15,330 nt of DNA from Deltaproteobacteria bacterium (GTDB taxonomy: Bacteria; SAR324; NAC60-12): positions 22,080 through 37,409 of the forward strand of contig NYUB01000042.1 of assembly GCA_002683785.1 (NCBI GenBank), written 5' to 3'. The position numbers were made by a program, and so were the translations under genes. Positions 14,020 through 15,330 of the stretch are shown piece after piece. The notes under the pieces are model-generated. The model saw only the letters and a program-made list of their open reading frames with translations. It made no database searches and was not told where the DNA came from. Positions within the stretch are counted from its first letter, which is position 1. The number at the start of each line of letters is the position of its first letter.

Positions 14020-15330
14020 TCAGTTCTCGGCTTCGACTTCAATGTCTTCGCCTTCGGCACGGTATTCATTGAGTTTGTTGCGCAGGGTACGGATGCTGAT
14101 GCCCAAAATCTTCGCCGCCTTGGTACGGTTACCCCCGGTTTCCCTCAGGGTTTCGAAAATGAGCTTCTTCTCGGCTTCCTTCATTGACATTCCAACCTCG
14201 ATGCCGAGTGCGGATTCCTTGCTTTCCGGCGTCGCTGCTTCGGTTTCGGATGCAGGCTGGACGGAGGTTGCGCGGGCCAGGTCCTGGTTAATGCTCTGCT
14301 TGCCCATCTGTGAATGCATCAGCAGATTGTGCGGTTTGATCTCCTTGCCATCACAGAGCAACAACGCCCGTTCCACCACATTTTCCAGCTCACGGACATT
14401 GCCGCGCCAACGGTAGTCCTTCAGAATAGCCATCGTTTCCGGACTGACTGCAGGACGTTCGCGTTTGTTCAGACGTGCATGCTTGTCCAGAAAATGCTCT
14501 ACGAGGATTGGCAGGTCATCCATCCTTTCACGCAACGCCGGCAGGGCGAGTGGAATCACATTGAGGCGGAAATAAAGGTCTTCACGGAATTTTCCGGATT
14601 CAACCATTTCAAGCATGCTTCGGTTGGTGGTTGCCACCACCCTGACATCCACCTGGATCGGCTCCTTGCCTCCAACTTTGTCGATTTCATGTTCCTGGAG
14701 CACCCGCAGCAGTTTTGCCTGCAGCGGCATCGCCATTTCACTGATTTCGTCGAGCAGGATGGTTCCAGTATGGGCCTGTTCAAATTTTCCACGGTGATCC
14801 TGGTTGGCGCCGGTAAATGCACCTTTCTTATAGCCGAACAGTTCACTCTCCAGCAACGTGTCCGGAAGTGCCGCACAGTTGACGGCGACAAAGGGCTTGC
14901 CGACCCGTTCGGAATTGTCGTGGATGAAGTGTGCCAGCAGTTCCTTGCCCGTCCCGCTCTCACTCTGGATCAATACCGTCGCCTTGCTCTTGGCAATGTT
15001 CTGGGACACGTCAAGCAGGCTTCCCATTTCCTGATTCTGGGTGACGATCTCCTTGCTTGTTTCCGTGACGCGCCCCTTGATCGATTTGGCTTCCTCTAGG
15101 GGAACCATCGAACCGGTGTGCCCCTTGAAGGCCAACGCACGTTCCACCAGAAAGAGAAAGGAATCAAAGTCGATTGGTTTTTTGATGTAATCGAAAGCAC
15201 CATGCTTCATCGCCTCGACTGCGGTCTCCACCGTCGCATAGGCAGTGGCCATGATCACCGGCTTGGCGGCATCCAGACGCTTGATGTCCTTCAGCAACTC
15301 CAGCCCACTGCGTTTGGGCATGGTCATGTC
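14020..15330 (-). CDS. Sigma-54-dependent two-component response regulator (NtrC family); N-terminal receiver domain truncated by window edge
   Basis: Partial receiver domain (DMTMPKRSGLELLKDIK...DYIKKPIDFD). AAA+ sigma54-interaction domain (SESGTGKE Walker A, ESELFGYKKGAFTGA, GTILLDEI Walker B). C-terminal Fis-type HTH (NRTKAAKILGISIRTLRNKL). The frame continues past position 15330. Confidence 0.88.
   Translation of the reverse strand, partial: DMTMPKRSGLELLKDIKRLDAAKPVIMATAYATVETAVEAMKHGAFDYIKKPIDFDSFLFLVERALAFKGHTGSMVPLEEAKSIKGRVTETSKEIVTQNQEMGSLLDVSQNIAKSKATVLIQSESGTGKELLAHFIHDNSERVGKPFVAVNCAALPDTLLESELFGYKKGAFTGANQDHRGKFEQAHTGTILLDEISEMAMPLQAKLLRVLQEHEIDKVGGKEPIQVDVRVVATTNRSMLEMVESGKFREDLYFRLNVIPLALPALRERMDDLPILVEHFLDKHARLNKRERPAVSPETMAILKDYRWRGNVRELENVVERALLLCDGKEIKPHNLLMHSQMGKQSINQDLARATSVQPASETEAATPESKESALGIEVGMSMKEAEKKLIFETLRETGGNRTKAAKILGISIRTLRNKLNEYRAEGEDIEVEAEN

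Overview
This 15.3-kb chromosomal window is gene-dense, with about 50% GC in coding regions and a strongly AT-rich 370-bp divergent promoter region. Genes in order are listed below.

- **nuoE-like gene (-)**: 3'-truncated, encoding a NuoE/HoxE-type [2Fe-2S] subunit.
- **ilvB and ilvN (+)**: acetolactate synthase large and small subunits.
- **Peroxiredoxin (-)**: a BCP/PrxQ-type peroxiredoxin whose reading frame is open only if an in-frame TGA at the peroxidatic-Cys position is read as selenocysteine. The ORF track splits this gene and misses it.
- **rbr, Fe-S protein gene, DUF3501 gene (+)**: a divergently transcribed apparent operon. It encodes a rubredoxin-less rubrerythrin, an HdrD/GlpC-like 2x[4Fe-4S] protein with two CCG domains, and a DUF3501-like protein, the last two translationally coupled by an ATGA overlap.
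- **sco1 (-)**: SCO1/SenC copper chaperone.
- **hflK (-)**: present without hflC.
- **map (-)**: methionine aminopeptidase with an N-terminal SEC-C zinc finger.
- **lepB (-)**: signal peptidase I with a long N-terminal extension.
- **argA (+)**: N-acetylglutamate synthase.
- **yqgE/algH-family gene (-)**
- **Hypothetical gene (+)**: encodes a 361-aa protein with three internal DUF721 (DciA-like) repeats.
- **rsgA (-)**: no canonical start codon is available for its N-terminus.
- **NtrC-family gene (-)**: 5'-truncated, encoding a sigma54-dependent response regulator.

No rRNA, tRNA, CRISPR or mobile elements were seen.

The most interesting part is the peroxide-detoxification island at about 3.0-6.2 kb. 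It combines the selenoprotein peroxiredoxin, a candidate SECIS hairpin at the canonical spacing, a 7-1-7 palindromic operator overlapping the rbr promoter, and the uncharacterised rubrerythrin/CCG-Fe-S/DUF3501 module.
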